Of a stretch of DNA of 64,000 nt, positions 1 through 12,387 are shown one piece after another. The stretch is from Catajapyx aquilonaris. Lineage: Eukaryota. Each line of letters starts with the position of its first letter. The first letter of the stretch is position 1. The notes beneath the pieces were generated by a model, which worked only from the letters and a program-made list of their open reading frames with translations, made no database searches and was not told where the DNA came from. The stretch covers positions 1-64,000 of the forward strand of contig JYFJ02001221.1 in the NCBI GenBank assembly GCA_000934665.2, read 5' to 3'. The position numbers and the translations under genes are program-made.

Positions 1-480
1 CCCTGATCAGGTTGGCAACACCGCATAACTCGTGACCTAAGGGCCCGATCAGTTGCCTGCAACTCTGAAATTGCTCCTATAGGCCTAAGGAACATATTAT
101 GTGCCAAGTGGCACCTTCTTATCCCAAAATGCAAAGTTAAAAATTGTACAAAACGCTTAGGTCCAGGACCAGGTTGGCAACCCCGCATAACTCCTGACCT
201 AAGGAGCCGATCAAGTGCCGCCATGTCTCAAACGACTCCTACAGGCCTAGGGAACATATGTGCCAAGCGGCACCTTCTTATCACAAAATGCAACGTTAAA
301 AACGCTCAGGTCATCCCCGGCCATGTTGGCAACACCGCATAGCTCGTGACCTAAGGGGCCGATCAGTTGCCTGCAACTCTGGAATTTCTCCTATAGGCCT
401 AAGGAACATATGTGCCAAGTGGCACCTTCTTATCACAAAATGCAAGGTTAAGCCTGATTTTTGCGCTTAGGGTCCGGACT
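1..480. repeat. Tandem repeat (satellite-like), about 3 copies of a 152-162 bp unit, truncated by the window edge, inside a SUCLG1 intron
   Basis: The motif GTTGGCAAC(A/C)CCGCATA...GACCTAAG...GTGCCAAG(T/C)GGCACCTTCTTATC recurs starting at 11, 173 and 325. Confidence 0.9.
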
Positions 481-618
481 ATTATGAGTGCATAGGCAGA
501 TAGAATGATTAGTTGTTGCATCCAGAAAATGCAAATAATTTTCAAACCAATCCACTTATTCAACTTATTTCGCCTGCTCTTCATTATGGTTTGCCTCAGT
601 AAGATAGGATGGTCACAC

Positions 619-2690
619 CTGTTCAAGTGCATTTATCTTGTCCATGGCTCCACCTTTTCCACCTGAGATGATGGCTCCTGCGTGACCCATGCGCCTTCCA
701 GGAGGGGCTGTCAGCCCAGCAATGAAAGAAACCACAGGCTTTGCAGTCTTGCCCTGAAAAAATGTACCATTACAGTCTGCCAGTTCATTAAAACAGAAAG
801 CACTTCAACGTACAGCGTTGTGCTTCAGCAAGTACTCAGCAGCTGACTCCTCTGCTGACCCACCAATCTCTCCAATGAGGATGATACCCTTTGTCTCAGG
901 GTCCTTCAGAAACACGTCCAGGCAATCAATGAAGTTGGTGCCATTGAATGGGTCTCCTCCGATCCCAATGCAAAGGGTCTGACCGAGGCCTACCTGTGGG
1001 TAAGAATAACATTGCAATATTTGACATCCAATCTAGTTCAGGAGCTAGAGAAGTAGAGAGCCACCATCATACTTAAAACATACTATAAATTCATATAAAT
1101 TCATATAAAACATTCAAATAAAAGAAACAAGGCTCCTCAGCTTCCTTTAAAATTATTTATGCAAAAAACTTGTCGAACCAAAGTGTCACTGTTTCAGGAC
1201 TACATTCTCACCCTGGTGGTCTGATGCACAGCCTCATAGGTGAGGGTTCCTGATCGAGAAACAATGCCAATAACACCCTTCTGGTGAATATGGCCTGGCA
1301 TGATCCCAATCTTGCACTGTCCAGGAGAGATAACCCCAGGGCAGTTGGGCCCCACCAGGCGGGACTTGCCTTGCCTGGTGAGACGATGCTTCACCTTCAC
1401 CATGTCTTGTTGGGGTATCCCTTCGGTTATGCACACAATCAGGGGCATCTCCGCATCTATTGCCTCCAATACGGCCTTGGCAGCACCAGGTGGAGGGACA
1501 TAGATCACCGTGGCCTCTGCACCGGTCTGCTCCCGGGCCTGTGAAGAAAAGTGAGGCATCATTACATAACATTCATGCCGTGAAATCATTATTTATCAGG
1601 TTGAATCCTTATTAATAAAGTACAAAATTGTACATATGTAGGGGAGACAGGCCATGTGAAGAATGGGCTCAGCTGCTCATCATTTTAATAAACTACAAAC
1701 AGCACTGATCCAAAGGAAACAATAATGCTGCAACCCTGAGAAAAAGGCACTGGAATGAAGATTGCTTGTCAAAAGAAGCAGCACCTCACCTCCTTGACAG
1801 AGTTGAACACCGGCAGCCCTAGGTGTTCCTTGCCTCCCTTTCCTGGAGAGACTCCACCAACCATGCGGGTTCCATATTCAATGGCTTGCTTGCTGTGGAA
1901 GGTGCCCTGTTTTCCAGTGAAGCCTTGGCATATGACTTTGGTGTCCTTGTTTACCCGGAGGGCAGGACGCGACTCTGAGTAACATGTCCTCAGACCAGAT
2001 CGCACGAGGGGAACTGCAAAAAAAATTTACGTTTTCAGAATTTAAGGAAGTAAAAAAACACCAATACTACTCCAGTATATCGAGCATGAAAATGACACCT
2101 GTCAACAAAATAATTGCACTTATCCGGCCAAAATAGTATCTCTAAAGGCTATCTAGTGGCAGACAGTTTTAAACCTGACCCTGTATAAAACATTGGCCAA
2201 GACCGATCCATGGACCTGTTAATTTTGGAAAGCTCCACACACTTGCACAATAAGTGGATAATTTACAAACCCCTTGCCTCCTCACCCCAACCCCACCCGA
2301 TGATGGCTCTCTGGATGGAGGCCCTTCCCCGGAGCAGCAGGTCCCTCAGAAGCTCCATCCCCAAATATCAATCAGGCACAATTGGGAGCACTTCAAAGGC
2401 CCGCGATCTAACTATTTCTAATAGACACATCCTCGTTACACAACTACCTCTCTTTTTTTTCTGTCTCTCTCTCCCCCCTCTTCACGTTCCGAACCTCATG
2501 ACCCAAGTGTTCCAAATCCAATTTTGAGCCTCATTTTCGGCCTGATTCTATGAGCATGCACTTCCGGAGGGTGCGTACCCTGGAGGAGGGTGTTCGTATG
2601 CGCGCCAGACCGCGGTCGGTGCGTGTTAAGAGGATTAGAAAGGGATTTACCAGCGGAGATTCTTGCCAACATTCTGACGGAGGCGGCCAT
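619..2690 (-). CDS. SUCLG1: Succinyl-CoA ligase (ADP/GDP-forming) alpha subunit, mitochondrial; last exon(s) lie outside the window
   Basis: Exons 2690-2651, 2013-1790, 1538-1212, 993-814, 753-619, all GT-AG and in phase. Motifs: [44 protein letters not shown] and the active-site RMGHAGA. Arg/Ser-rich N-terminal presequence. Confidence 0.97.
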
Positions 2691-3219
2691 CTTGAATCGG
2701 GAGCGGACGTAGAAGGGGGGAGGGGGAGGGAGGGAGGGAGTCAGGAAGGGGGAGGCGCCGTGTGGGGGCGCTGGAGCTGCGATTGTGGTAATTAGGCGCG
2801 AACTAATATCCCATTGAACTTGTAGGAATGAGTTGAAGTAAAATTGGAAGCCTTGTGATATTCAAGAATATATTCAAATATTTCAGAATTGGAGTGACCA
2901 ATCAGGGCTAATGTTCGATGTGTTCAGATACGATACCGTATCGTTACAGGTAGATGTTACTGGATGTTACACGGGATGTTACCTGGATGTTACGGCGAGA
3001 AATGGCACGAATACTATCTCCCAGAAAAACTAAGGGCAAGAAGTCTGATATGATCTGTAGGCCACCCACATGGATAATAACATCATGTTCTGTTTTGGAC
3101 AAGTTTCAGCTACTATCAGGGATGCTGTGGGTATGATTCAATAGCAAAACTATCAATGACAATATTTCTTAGATATTGCTATTTTTTATTTCCTTATTCT
3201 ACTTTTTTTTTCTTCAGTT

Positions 3220-4717
3220 TCACACAGTATCGCTCATTTCAGATTTCCAAATAGTCCCATTCTGAAAAACAACAGCATTTCCTGATGAAACTGTACTTTC
3301 AGGGGTACCATACAGAGAGTCATGAACCAACTGTGCTATCTGTATCTTTAGAGCTGATTTTAATGGTGGTGGCAGTTGACGAAAACTTGGCAGAAGGGAC
3401 TGAAAGAACATTGCATCTTCATCCAGAAATACTAAAGGGGGTACACCTGAAGGTGACTGTGCAATTGAAGATAGCTGTGATATCGAAGATGTAACTGGAT
3501 TAACAGCACTGCGTTTTACACTCTTTAGTTTGTCATCAACTTTCAGCTGACGTTTCCTGGCTGGTGAACTAGATGTAGAGCACATATCCAGTGCAGCAAG
3601 ATATTCAGCTTCATTGTCGGCAGTTCCAGTGCTGGCATGTGAATCTGTTTCATCAGTGTCATGATCCACAGGTGTCACCTTGGATGATGTTCTGAAAAGC
3701 ATCACAATAATAATAGGTCTAATAATTATGCCACAATATTATTTTACCTCTTGTTCATGTACTGATACAGAAATGTCAGCAGTTCAAAATGCACGTATCT
3801 CCTTTTCTTGTGCTCTTCATCAGTTCCCTTTGCTTTATCCTCACGAGCTTCTCTCACAAATGAGTCCCTCAGTGTTTTCCATTTTGTCCTGCACTCATGA
3901 ACTAGAAGACAAGGACATGTATAGTAGTGCACAGTACAGTACGTTGATCAAAAAAGTCCAACAATTTTCCTTCACATAACATTCGATTATTTACATCTTT
4001 TTTCATCAATTTTTGGAACAATTCTGCACTTACAAAATTTCAGGAGAAAAAAAATAAGTTTGGTTTTTTTCTCACAGTTCAATTATTATTTGAAGCATTG
4101 TTAGGATGAAGGATGGATTGGTTCTACAAAAAAATTAAAAAACAAAAACAGATTGGGTAATGACAAGTAAAAATGGGGTGGGAAAAATGGTGTGGTTCTA
4201 TTGAGAATCTGATGTTGGTTGCCACATGTGATCTTCATTATGTGTGTACACTGTACAGTGTACGACAAGTGACAGGAATAGAATTATTACATCTCACAAT
4301 AACATCAGGTTACTCAAGAGCTAGTATAATTAGTGCAATAGGTCATGTTTACAGGAGGTCCCTGCTATCAAAACATAAGTAGCACACCAATCAATTTGAG
4401 AGTGACCTGCCCCAGCACTCAGCACATTTTACTGTATGATGTTATACATGTGGTCACCCACTGATTGACCTGACACTCTTCCTAGATATCACCCTGGCTT
4501 ATAATATTTTTATTTGTTTTTCAAGGTTTTCAACAAGTGCACACGTTTGACTAGAGTACAATAATACCCGGTCCATACCCGTGCTGCCCACTGCCTCGGC
4601 CACCTCCATCCAGAGCGCATCTTTGAGTGGTCTGTTAGCGTACTGTGAGCAGTGCGTGTTGTACAGAGGCTCCCGGATCCTCACCTCCAAGATGAGCCTC
4701 TCAGCGTCGATCACCAT
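3220..4717 (-). CDS. MADF-BESS (Adf-1-like) transcription factor, about 254 aa
   Basis: Exons 4717-4579, 3901-3748, 3691-3220 in phase. MADF pattern LILEVRIREPLYN...W.EVA...CRTKWKTLRDSF..E; C-terminal BESS motif DEDAMFFQSLLPSFRQLPPPLKSALKIQIAQLV. Confidence 0.9.
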
Positions 4718-4984
4718 CGCCAGATCCCAGTTTGATGAAAAAGCAACGCCGCCGCCACGCCCTGCCCCGTCCAGCTGCAGCCTCCTCCACGCCTACGTCA
4801 CGTCGCGCAGCAGTCGGCAGGGTTGCCACACTCTGGCGCCAACTGACCAAAACCCCGCAGAAGGGCGCTCTCTGAATGACCCCATTTTTCAAAATCCGCA
4901 ACTTGCATAATGCTGTAATTCAAAAGAAGGCTTGTTCGTAGATATGTTTTGCGTAGCCTTTTATTTACTTCCGAAGGTTTAAAC

Positions 4985-7900
4985 ATGGCGCGGCCGGGGT
5001 CTGCTCGGCGCAGGCGCAGTTCCTCCTCCCAGGTCAGAAGGGAGGTAGAGGGGGATGGGGATGGTGGGGGGCAAAGGTCGAGATCCAACATGGCCGCCGA
5101 TTAATCAAACCGGAGGACTTGTGATGGAAGGGACGGACAAACCAGGCTGGACACTCAGACACAGGACGTGACTCCAACTGGGTAAAGGGACGGTCCCCAT
5201 CTGCATCAACGGGACAGTGCCCAGACGGGGCGAGTGGGAGGAATAAGAGTTGGGGATTAGGGATGGTGTTGCCCAACATTGTCCAGCAGCACCAGTTCCA
5301 CCACAGGAGAAGGCAGAGGACGTGACCACTGCTGCTCAGAGGGACGGGGCTGGGATGGAGTCACCACCCCAGGAGGATCCGCAGGGAGGAAGGATGGATG
5401 GGAAGATTTGCGGGGTGTGCGGGGACAAGGCCCTGGGGTACAACTTCAATGCGGTCACCTGCGAGTCATGCAAGGCCTTCTTCAGAAGGAATGCGCTCAA
5501 GAACAAGGTGAGATTGGCTTCTACAGGGGAGCAAGGGAAAGACCAGCTTGCACTGCTTGTCATCGGGCAGTGCAGTCTTTTACTGGCCATTGTAATCTGG
5601 TTGGGAAACTCTCAGGTTCAACAAATATGCCGAAGGGGCCGTGCAGACGGGCCAAGCTTAGTCGCGGCTGGCCGCGGCCCTGGCCAACTTCCAGGAAGTT
5701 GGCCTACCTTGTAAGCCGTGGCCTGGCCGTGGCTTGCCAGATGTGAACCATCGCGGCCGCGGCTAAGCTTGGCCCGTCTGCACAGCCCCTATGATATATC
5801 TCATTGAGTCTAACAAAGCGTATGACATGAGGGCTAAAGGCTGGTTGCATTAAGAAGGAAATCTCCACTTATATCGGATTGCATATTGTGAATAACTAGA
5901 TGTTAGAAATTTTTCTGAACCTCCTTTCATATGACTGTCCGTAAGAGAGAGGTGTCTAAATTCAGGAAAATGGTGCAAGTTTTCAGGACATTTGTTGCAA
6001 TCAGCCACGCAATGATTGGAGACAGTTGGCAGTACTATTAATTTGCAAGTGGCAAGTTTTCATGATACAGTAAAACTTCTACAAGCCGAATCTTCATGGG
6101 ACTGGGAAAAAACTTCGAGTTATAGAAGATTCGAGTTAGGGAAGTTTGGAACTTTGTAAGCACATAACTCTATAAGGAAGCCTACCTTTATATTCAGCGA
6201 CAAAAGGTGTTCATAACTTAAAAATAACTCACTATCACACTTACACGTTCCTCATTGGTTTGTTGTAAAAAAAATCTCCATTATGGACATTTGCCTACTC
6301 TTAAATTCAAGGATTCGTTTGCCACAATCGAGTCAAACACTTCTTTCGGTACATATGGTAGGCGGAGATCAGGAAATTGAGCCTTTCTGTGCATGTGGCT
6401 TACTCTCGACCCTTCGGCTGGGAAATGAGACAATTTTCCGTACTCGCCAACATGAACTTCGACTTAGGGAGACTGAAAATGCATTGATATCCCATCGTAA
6501 GGCCCTGCCAGCACTTCGAGTTATGGAGAACTTCGAGTTATAGAAATTCGAGTTAGGGAAGTTAATTTCCTGTTATTTGACATTGTGACCAACCAAGCTC
6601 ATCATTTTCTTTGACTTTTAGAGAACTTCGACTTAGGGAAGTTCGACTTATACAAGTTTTACTGTGTGGAATTTTCGTCGTACTACTAGTTACTACTAAC
6701 TTAGCAATACCATTGCACTACACTGTACTGATAAGTTGGAAGTAACTAGTAGTACGACGAAAATTCCACCCATTGTGTAACCAGGATTTAATTAATCAGT
6801 ACTGATCAAAGAGAGCTTTTCCCCTGGTGTATTTGTTTTTTTTTAAATTAAATAATCATGAAAGTAATAGGTAACGGTGTGAAAGACAAGCCTTTTTGGG
6901 TATGCTTTCTAAATACCCAATCTGATTCAACTGCTGAGCTGGTGAGCCCAGCAGTAGGATAAAACTGGAGGATTTAAAAAAAAAAAATCCCTGTGAAAAT
7001 GGACAGAAAATCTTTCATCATGAGATGACTCCTTTGCCCCAACACAGAGATCAAACCTGGTACCTCAATAAGAAGGCTGTGATGCCTCCACCTTTTACTG
7101 TATTCATTGGGTTCTGGAATATAAACACTGGGAGTAGGATGTGATGCTTGGAATTCTTTTGTTGCATCAGAAGAACCAGTTATCAGGCAGAAAAAACTTT
7201 GAAAAGTTATCTAATTCAGACCAGGCCACATGTGCAAATATGGAATCAAACTTCAAAATCAAGTTATCAAGGATTTGTCACAAATGTGTAACTTAGGAGC
7301 GCTTAGGAGGCAGGAGATAAATTTAAGATAGTATTTTTAATGTGATTGTAATATGTAGATTGTAGATATACAGTATAACTTACATGAAATAAGGGGATGG
7401 AGCAGGCAAAAATGTTGCAAATTTTTAAAAAGTGTACTGCACCATATTCATGCAACAATCGACATTACGAATAGGGAATGAGGAGTTAAATGAGTTTACC
7501 TCTGACATCAAGGCCTATTGTGACTTTAATGTTGATGTAGCATGCATATTTACATAATTATATATACAGTATTTTGTTGTTAAGACACTGTATGATATCT
7601 GGCTGGATCCAGGATGTCTTGAAATAACCAAATTTGTGTACAAATGCCGACCAATCCAGATGAAACCAGTGCCCCAGTCACATGCCCAGAATCCGCATTG
7701 ATACTACAGAATTACGTGACTCATGGAGCTCGTTCGATTAATTTCTAGAGTGTTATCAGCATGTTACATGCTTATAGGTATCTTGAAAAGAAGAAAGCAA
7801 AAAAAGGGAGCCGAAGCCCACCTCTTTAGCTATGTCCTTGGGCAGCCCACTGACCCTACTAACTTGCTTGTGGTGATAAGAGTAATCTCTTCCTTCCATT

Positions 7901-10900
7901 TTTCTGATACTCACCTGTGGACTGCTCAGCTATGAAGTTTAAACTCGGATAAGCAAACCATGTTGGGCTCCTGTTGCAATGTTTATGACTCATGGAGAAA
8001 TATGTAGCATATTATTTTGTGCATTGTTGTTTGCTAAATGCAGTGCATGCTTCTTCCTTGATGACTGTCACAGGGATATATCAAAACAGAGTTGTGTTAG
8101 GATTTCTGTATATTAATGTTAAAGCCATCATTTGCTGCCGAGACAACTTTTCCACATTGGCATGTGAGAAGTTATTGGAACTTTCTGGCCCACCTTACAA
8201 GTTTTGTGCAGTTATTTGTAGTCACAAGGCGACGCCTGGCAGGGATTCCACTATGCTTGTCATCCCAACATGCGCCTCTTGTGTAGTTTTATTTTAGTAA
8301 GTCACCCAGAAAGGAAATTATAGCTTAATGGTCATTACTTTTTGATCACCCTCTTATATACAAGTGCATTGTCACATGCCCTCATTGGTTTTCTCAGGAA
8401 TTTCGCTGTCCATTCAGCAACAACTGTAAAGTGGATGTGGTGACGCGTCGCTTTTGCCAGAAATGCCGGCTGCGAAAGTGCTTTGACATTGGGATGAAAA
8501 AAGAATGGATTATGACTGAAGAGGAGCGCAAGCTGAAGAAGCAGAAGATTGCAGAAAACCGAGCCAAGAGGCAACAGGATCGACCTTCATCTGGGGCATC
8601 CCACTCGCTAGAAAAGGTGGCCAGGCTTAGCACAGACAATGACACTGACTCTTATGGAAGTGCAGAAGTAGAGCTTCCAGAGGTCAAGTCTGAGCTGAGG
8701 ACAACCCCAACATATTATACCAGTTCCCCTGCATCAACAGCCGAGTCACCAATGTCATCCCTGGGACACCCAGTGTCACCCAACTCAGACGCTGCCAATG
8801 ACCCCACACCAATTCCATCACCATCCAGTGGTGTCACTTCTGTTCCTAATTCACTAGCGTCACCAGCATTACCAGACAATGCTACTACTCCAGAACCTGA
8901 AGGGACACCATTGCCTCTCGATACTGTGGATTCTATTTTAACAGGTACTAGTGGACCAATTAAATGCTTATGGGCCCCTTTAAATTCAGAAGTGATGACA
9001 TGCAATTTGGCCCTTATTTATGTTATGGGGTCTCATTTTAAATTTTGTGGAGCTGTTCCTAAAATTCTATCCACACGATGGCCCTGCTTTGCACTGACAG
9101 TTAACATTGTACCTAACTACTGATCCCATTTTGACAGTGGCCATCAAAGCAGAATTTGGTTCTTATGGCTTGATGCGCAGCTTGAACTCAAGCGACTTGA
9201 ATGAAGCTGAAAAGGCCAAGATTCAGGAGCTGGTAGTGGCCAACAAGGCCTTGCTGGTGCCAGTAGATGAGGAAGGTCACATTAAAGAGACTGCTGACCC
9301 TACCCTGCTTAATGTGATCAACCTAACTGATGTGGCCATAAGGAGGCTGATCAAGATGGCTAAGAAAGTCAATGGATTCAAGAACTTGTGCCAGGAGGAC
9401 CAGATTGCTCTGCTCAAAGGAGGGTGCACTGAGCTCATGATCCTCCGAAGTGTCATGACTTATGACCCAGACAAGGATGTATGGAAGGTTAGTGATACCT
9501 TTTCTTCCATAATCAAGACTTCAAGAGCATGTGTTTGGTCATTGGGGTTGCAGTACTATACAACCTTCTCAGAATTGACGAAAATTACAAGTCAAATATA
9601 GTCGGGTGAGTCAAGATGATTAAAGGAAGGCAGTTTAAAATAAATGGAATCATAATCATTCGGAGAAAAATATGATAAAAGATATACACAGGTCGCATAA
9701 GGTTCATCAGTGATGTATAGGTATGGGTTGGATCTGCCTGTTGCCAGGAGCTCTGCTATACAGGGTGTTACCTGGGACAGACTTGTAGGGGTCATAGAGA
9801 GGACCAAGAGTAGGAACCCATGTCCGGAAACGCCATCTAGGTGGGTTCAATAGACGAGAAACGGGTGCACTCAGACGCATCAGGCGGGAGGCACTAGTCA
9901 AGCAGACCGTTTAGTTGCTAGGTGGCACGCGGATAGTAAACTACGAAGCAATTTGCAATATCCTGGCAACAACAAACCCACCTAGCAACTGAAGCCCGCT
10001 TGCTAGGTAGCCTGCTGATAGTAAACAACAGCTCTGTTGTTGCCAGGTTATTGCGAATTGCGCTGTTGTTTACTATCCATGCGCTACCTAGCAACTGAAC
10101 GGTCTGCTTGCCTAGCCCTCATTCCTGGTCTATTGACCTCCTCTAGATGGTGTTTCTGGACAAGGGTTCCTAGGTGAAGAATACTTGTATTGGTCCCTTC
10201 TATTACCCCTACAAGTCTGTCCTGAATTCCATGTAACACCCTGTATAATCATGCTGTCCTTAAGATGTATTTCATATTATTTGTTTTTGTGGTCACATTT
10301 TATTAGTACTGAGGAATGTTTTTTAAATTTTTACACTAGGAAAACCCTCGCTCCGCTCGCATTTTCCTAGTGCGAAGGCCTAGAAAACCACTCGCTTCGC
10401 TCGCTCTTTTCTAAGCTGCGGACTGGGGTACCTATTCGGTGAGTCATATCGCTGTGGGAGGGTGTAACGTTGGCCCTCCAGCAGTCTTCGAACGGCCCGA
10501 TTAGTGAGAAGTGAGAACATGTCTGTCCTGTGTCTGTTGTTCCATGAAGGGAACTGACTCTCTAAACTAATTCACAGTAGTGCCAACTGGGCAACAATAC
10601 AGAGAACGAATGGACAGTTTCCCTGGCAACCCAACAGAGGAGTTGTTTACACCCCATTGCGCATAAGTAGAACGTGGGCCAATGGGAAAGTGGCGGCAAC
10701 AATATGACGACGGACCAATCAGATGTCTTATACATAGTCCGCAAGGATTTTAATATTATAGATTGCAGCATTTTTATAATGTTTGAGAGATTGGAAAAAC
10801 CTTCCACCTTGAGATGGCAAAAATTTCCCGAACTCCTAATGCTGTCAGTGTAATCATAGTTTGCATGCCTTATTCTTCCTCATCTAAACTCTCCAGAAAT

Positions 10901-12387
10901 GATGATGTGCTGCTGTCATTCTTATCTGTTGTAATGTGGAATTTGCACTAATGAACTTCAACAAGCCCTCTATGGAACTAGGTCAACTCAATGTATGAAA
11001 AAAGTAACATGTTATAGAGAAGGCATTGCCTACCAACTAACAGTGAATAACTATGGAAGAACATGGGCAAATTTGAGGACATTTTCCCAGCACATGGTAT
11101 ATCTAATTTCACTGTATAACCCCCGTAAGTGCCTTGCATGTGTTTATGTCACACTCATGATCATAATACAAGATAGTCATACTGATAGTCACATCCTGCT
11201 GATAAGCATGCCTAATATCAAAGATGCTGCTTCAGATCATTTTGCCATGTTCTGTCTGTGACGTTAGTGCGTGACCTCTGCTTTTTTTTGGGTGGTTTTG
11301 GTTCATGTATGTTAGTTACACATTCCCAAAGATTAGAGGAGAGCAGAGTAAAAATAGTCTCATGAATTTAGCAAGTCTTGTGACATCAATCATGCATTTC
11401 AGATTGCTTAGTTGTTATTCAGGAATGATACGATCTGTCGTGAGTGTTTCCTGCCAATATTTGCAAGATGTCCTTGATTGCTAATGGACCTCATGGAGAC
11501 AAAACTGATGGGATACCTAGATGGCAGAGTAAATCTTGTGGTATACTGTACTGTCATTTAGAAGAGATCTCTCCAAATAACTTGTTCTTTACAGAAATGC
11601 ACATTCAAAACATTTTACTGATTATTATGACACTGATATGTGCCCTAATTGTGGCTCTTATATGCTACTTTTTTGAGATGCAGGTTTTTGAGCATAACTT
11701 TTCACTTACAGTGTGTTACCAATCTATGCAGGAACAAATGTGGTTTTTCGCAAACAGGTAAAAAAATATGTGAATGTAAAATTTTGTGTGTAGCATATTG
11801 ACATTTGTTGTCTGGATATTTTAAAAAGCTTTGGGCCTAATCTTGTAGATGCAGATTTGGTATTCCCCATGAGGTTCATTATGTAATCTACCTCTGAGAG
11901 AGATACGGAAATTGTGAAGCATGCAGATGTTGAATTTAGAGAACAGCTTGACTAATTCTGAATTCTTTTATAGGTTCCACACAGTCACAAGCAGTTCCGA
12001 GATATCCGATTGGATGTCTTAAAAGAAGCTAGGGGCAACCTTTATGAGGAGCACCAGCGTTTCATCCGCTCCTTTCAACCACATCTTCGAGCTGATCAGA
12101 ATGTGATGCTCATACTTGGGGCCATCACTCTCTTCACTCCTGAGAGACCCAATATCATCCATCCAGATGTCATCAAACTCGAGCAAGATTCATATTATTA
12201 CCTGTTGCGGAGATACCTTGAGAGCATGTACCCTGGGTGCGAGGCAAGGTCTACATACTTGCAACTCATACGCAGGATAGCAGAGTTGCATATACTCAAT
12301 GAGAACCATGTCAGAGTGTTTTTGGATGTTAATCCCAGAGATGTGGAGCCACTGCTCATCGAGATCTTTGATCTCAAGAACCATTGA
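4985..12387 (+). CDS. Hr96: Nuclear hormone receptor HR96 (NR1J), about 519 aa
   Basis: Exons 4985-5032 (inferred; alternative start ATG 5355), 5307-5507, 8398-8944, 9138-9487, 11974-12387. C4 zinc fingers with the NR1J P-box [11 protein letters not shown] motifs [15 protein letters not shown] and [11 protein letters not shown]. Confidence 0.95.
5634..5790. mobile_element. MITE with about 28 bp terminal inverted repeats, PIF/Harbinger-like, in an HR96 intron
   Basis: AGGGGCCGTGCAGACGGGCCAAGCTTAG at the left end and CTAAGCTTGGCCCGTCTGCACAGCCCCT at the right end; TSD not clean. Confidence 0.75.
6068..6664. mobile_element. Tc1/mariner (pogo/Tigger-like) MITE
   Basis: TA|CAGTAAAACTT ... AAGTTTTACTG|TG termini, with repeated internal TTCGA(G/C)TTA(TAG/GGG)AA motifs near both ends. 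Confidence 0.75.
6666..6769. repeat. Inverted repeat/hairpin of about 104 bp
   Basis: GTGGAATTTTCGTCGTACTACTAGTTACT pairs perfectly with AGTAACTAGTAGTACGACGAAAATTCCAC; the stem extends further with mismatches. Confidence 0.85.
9761..10243. mobile_element. Largely palindromic mariner-type MITE
   Basis: TA|CAGGGTGTTAC ... GTAACACCCTG|TA with TA TSD. Internal blocks are mirrored (GACAGACTTGTAGGGGT/ACCCCTACAAGTCTGTC; AAGCAGACCGTT/AACGGTCTGCTT). Confidence 0.85.
10336..10762 (-). mobile_element. Non-autonomous Helitron/Helentron-type element
   Basis: On the minus strand: A|TCTATAATATTAAAA ... CTAG|T ends, hairpin at 10335-10371 with GCGAGCG(A/G)AGCGAG motifs, and short subterminal inverted repeat TGCGGACT (10417) / AGTCCGCA (10736). 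Confidence 0.7.

Noticed and set aside
1..480. CRISPR array
   Set aside because: Whole units repeat with no unique spacers, there are no cas genes, and the context is a eukaryotic intron.
619..2690. Bacterial sucD or contamination
   Set aside because: The gene has spliceosomal introns and a mitochondrial-type presequence.
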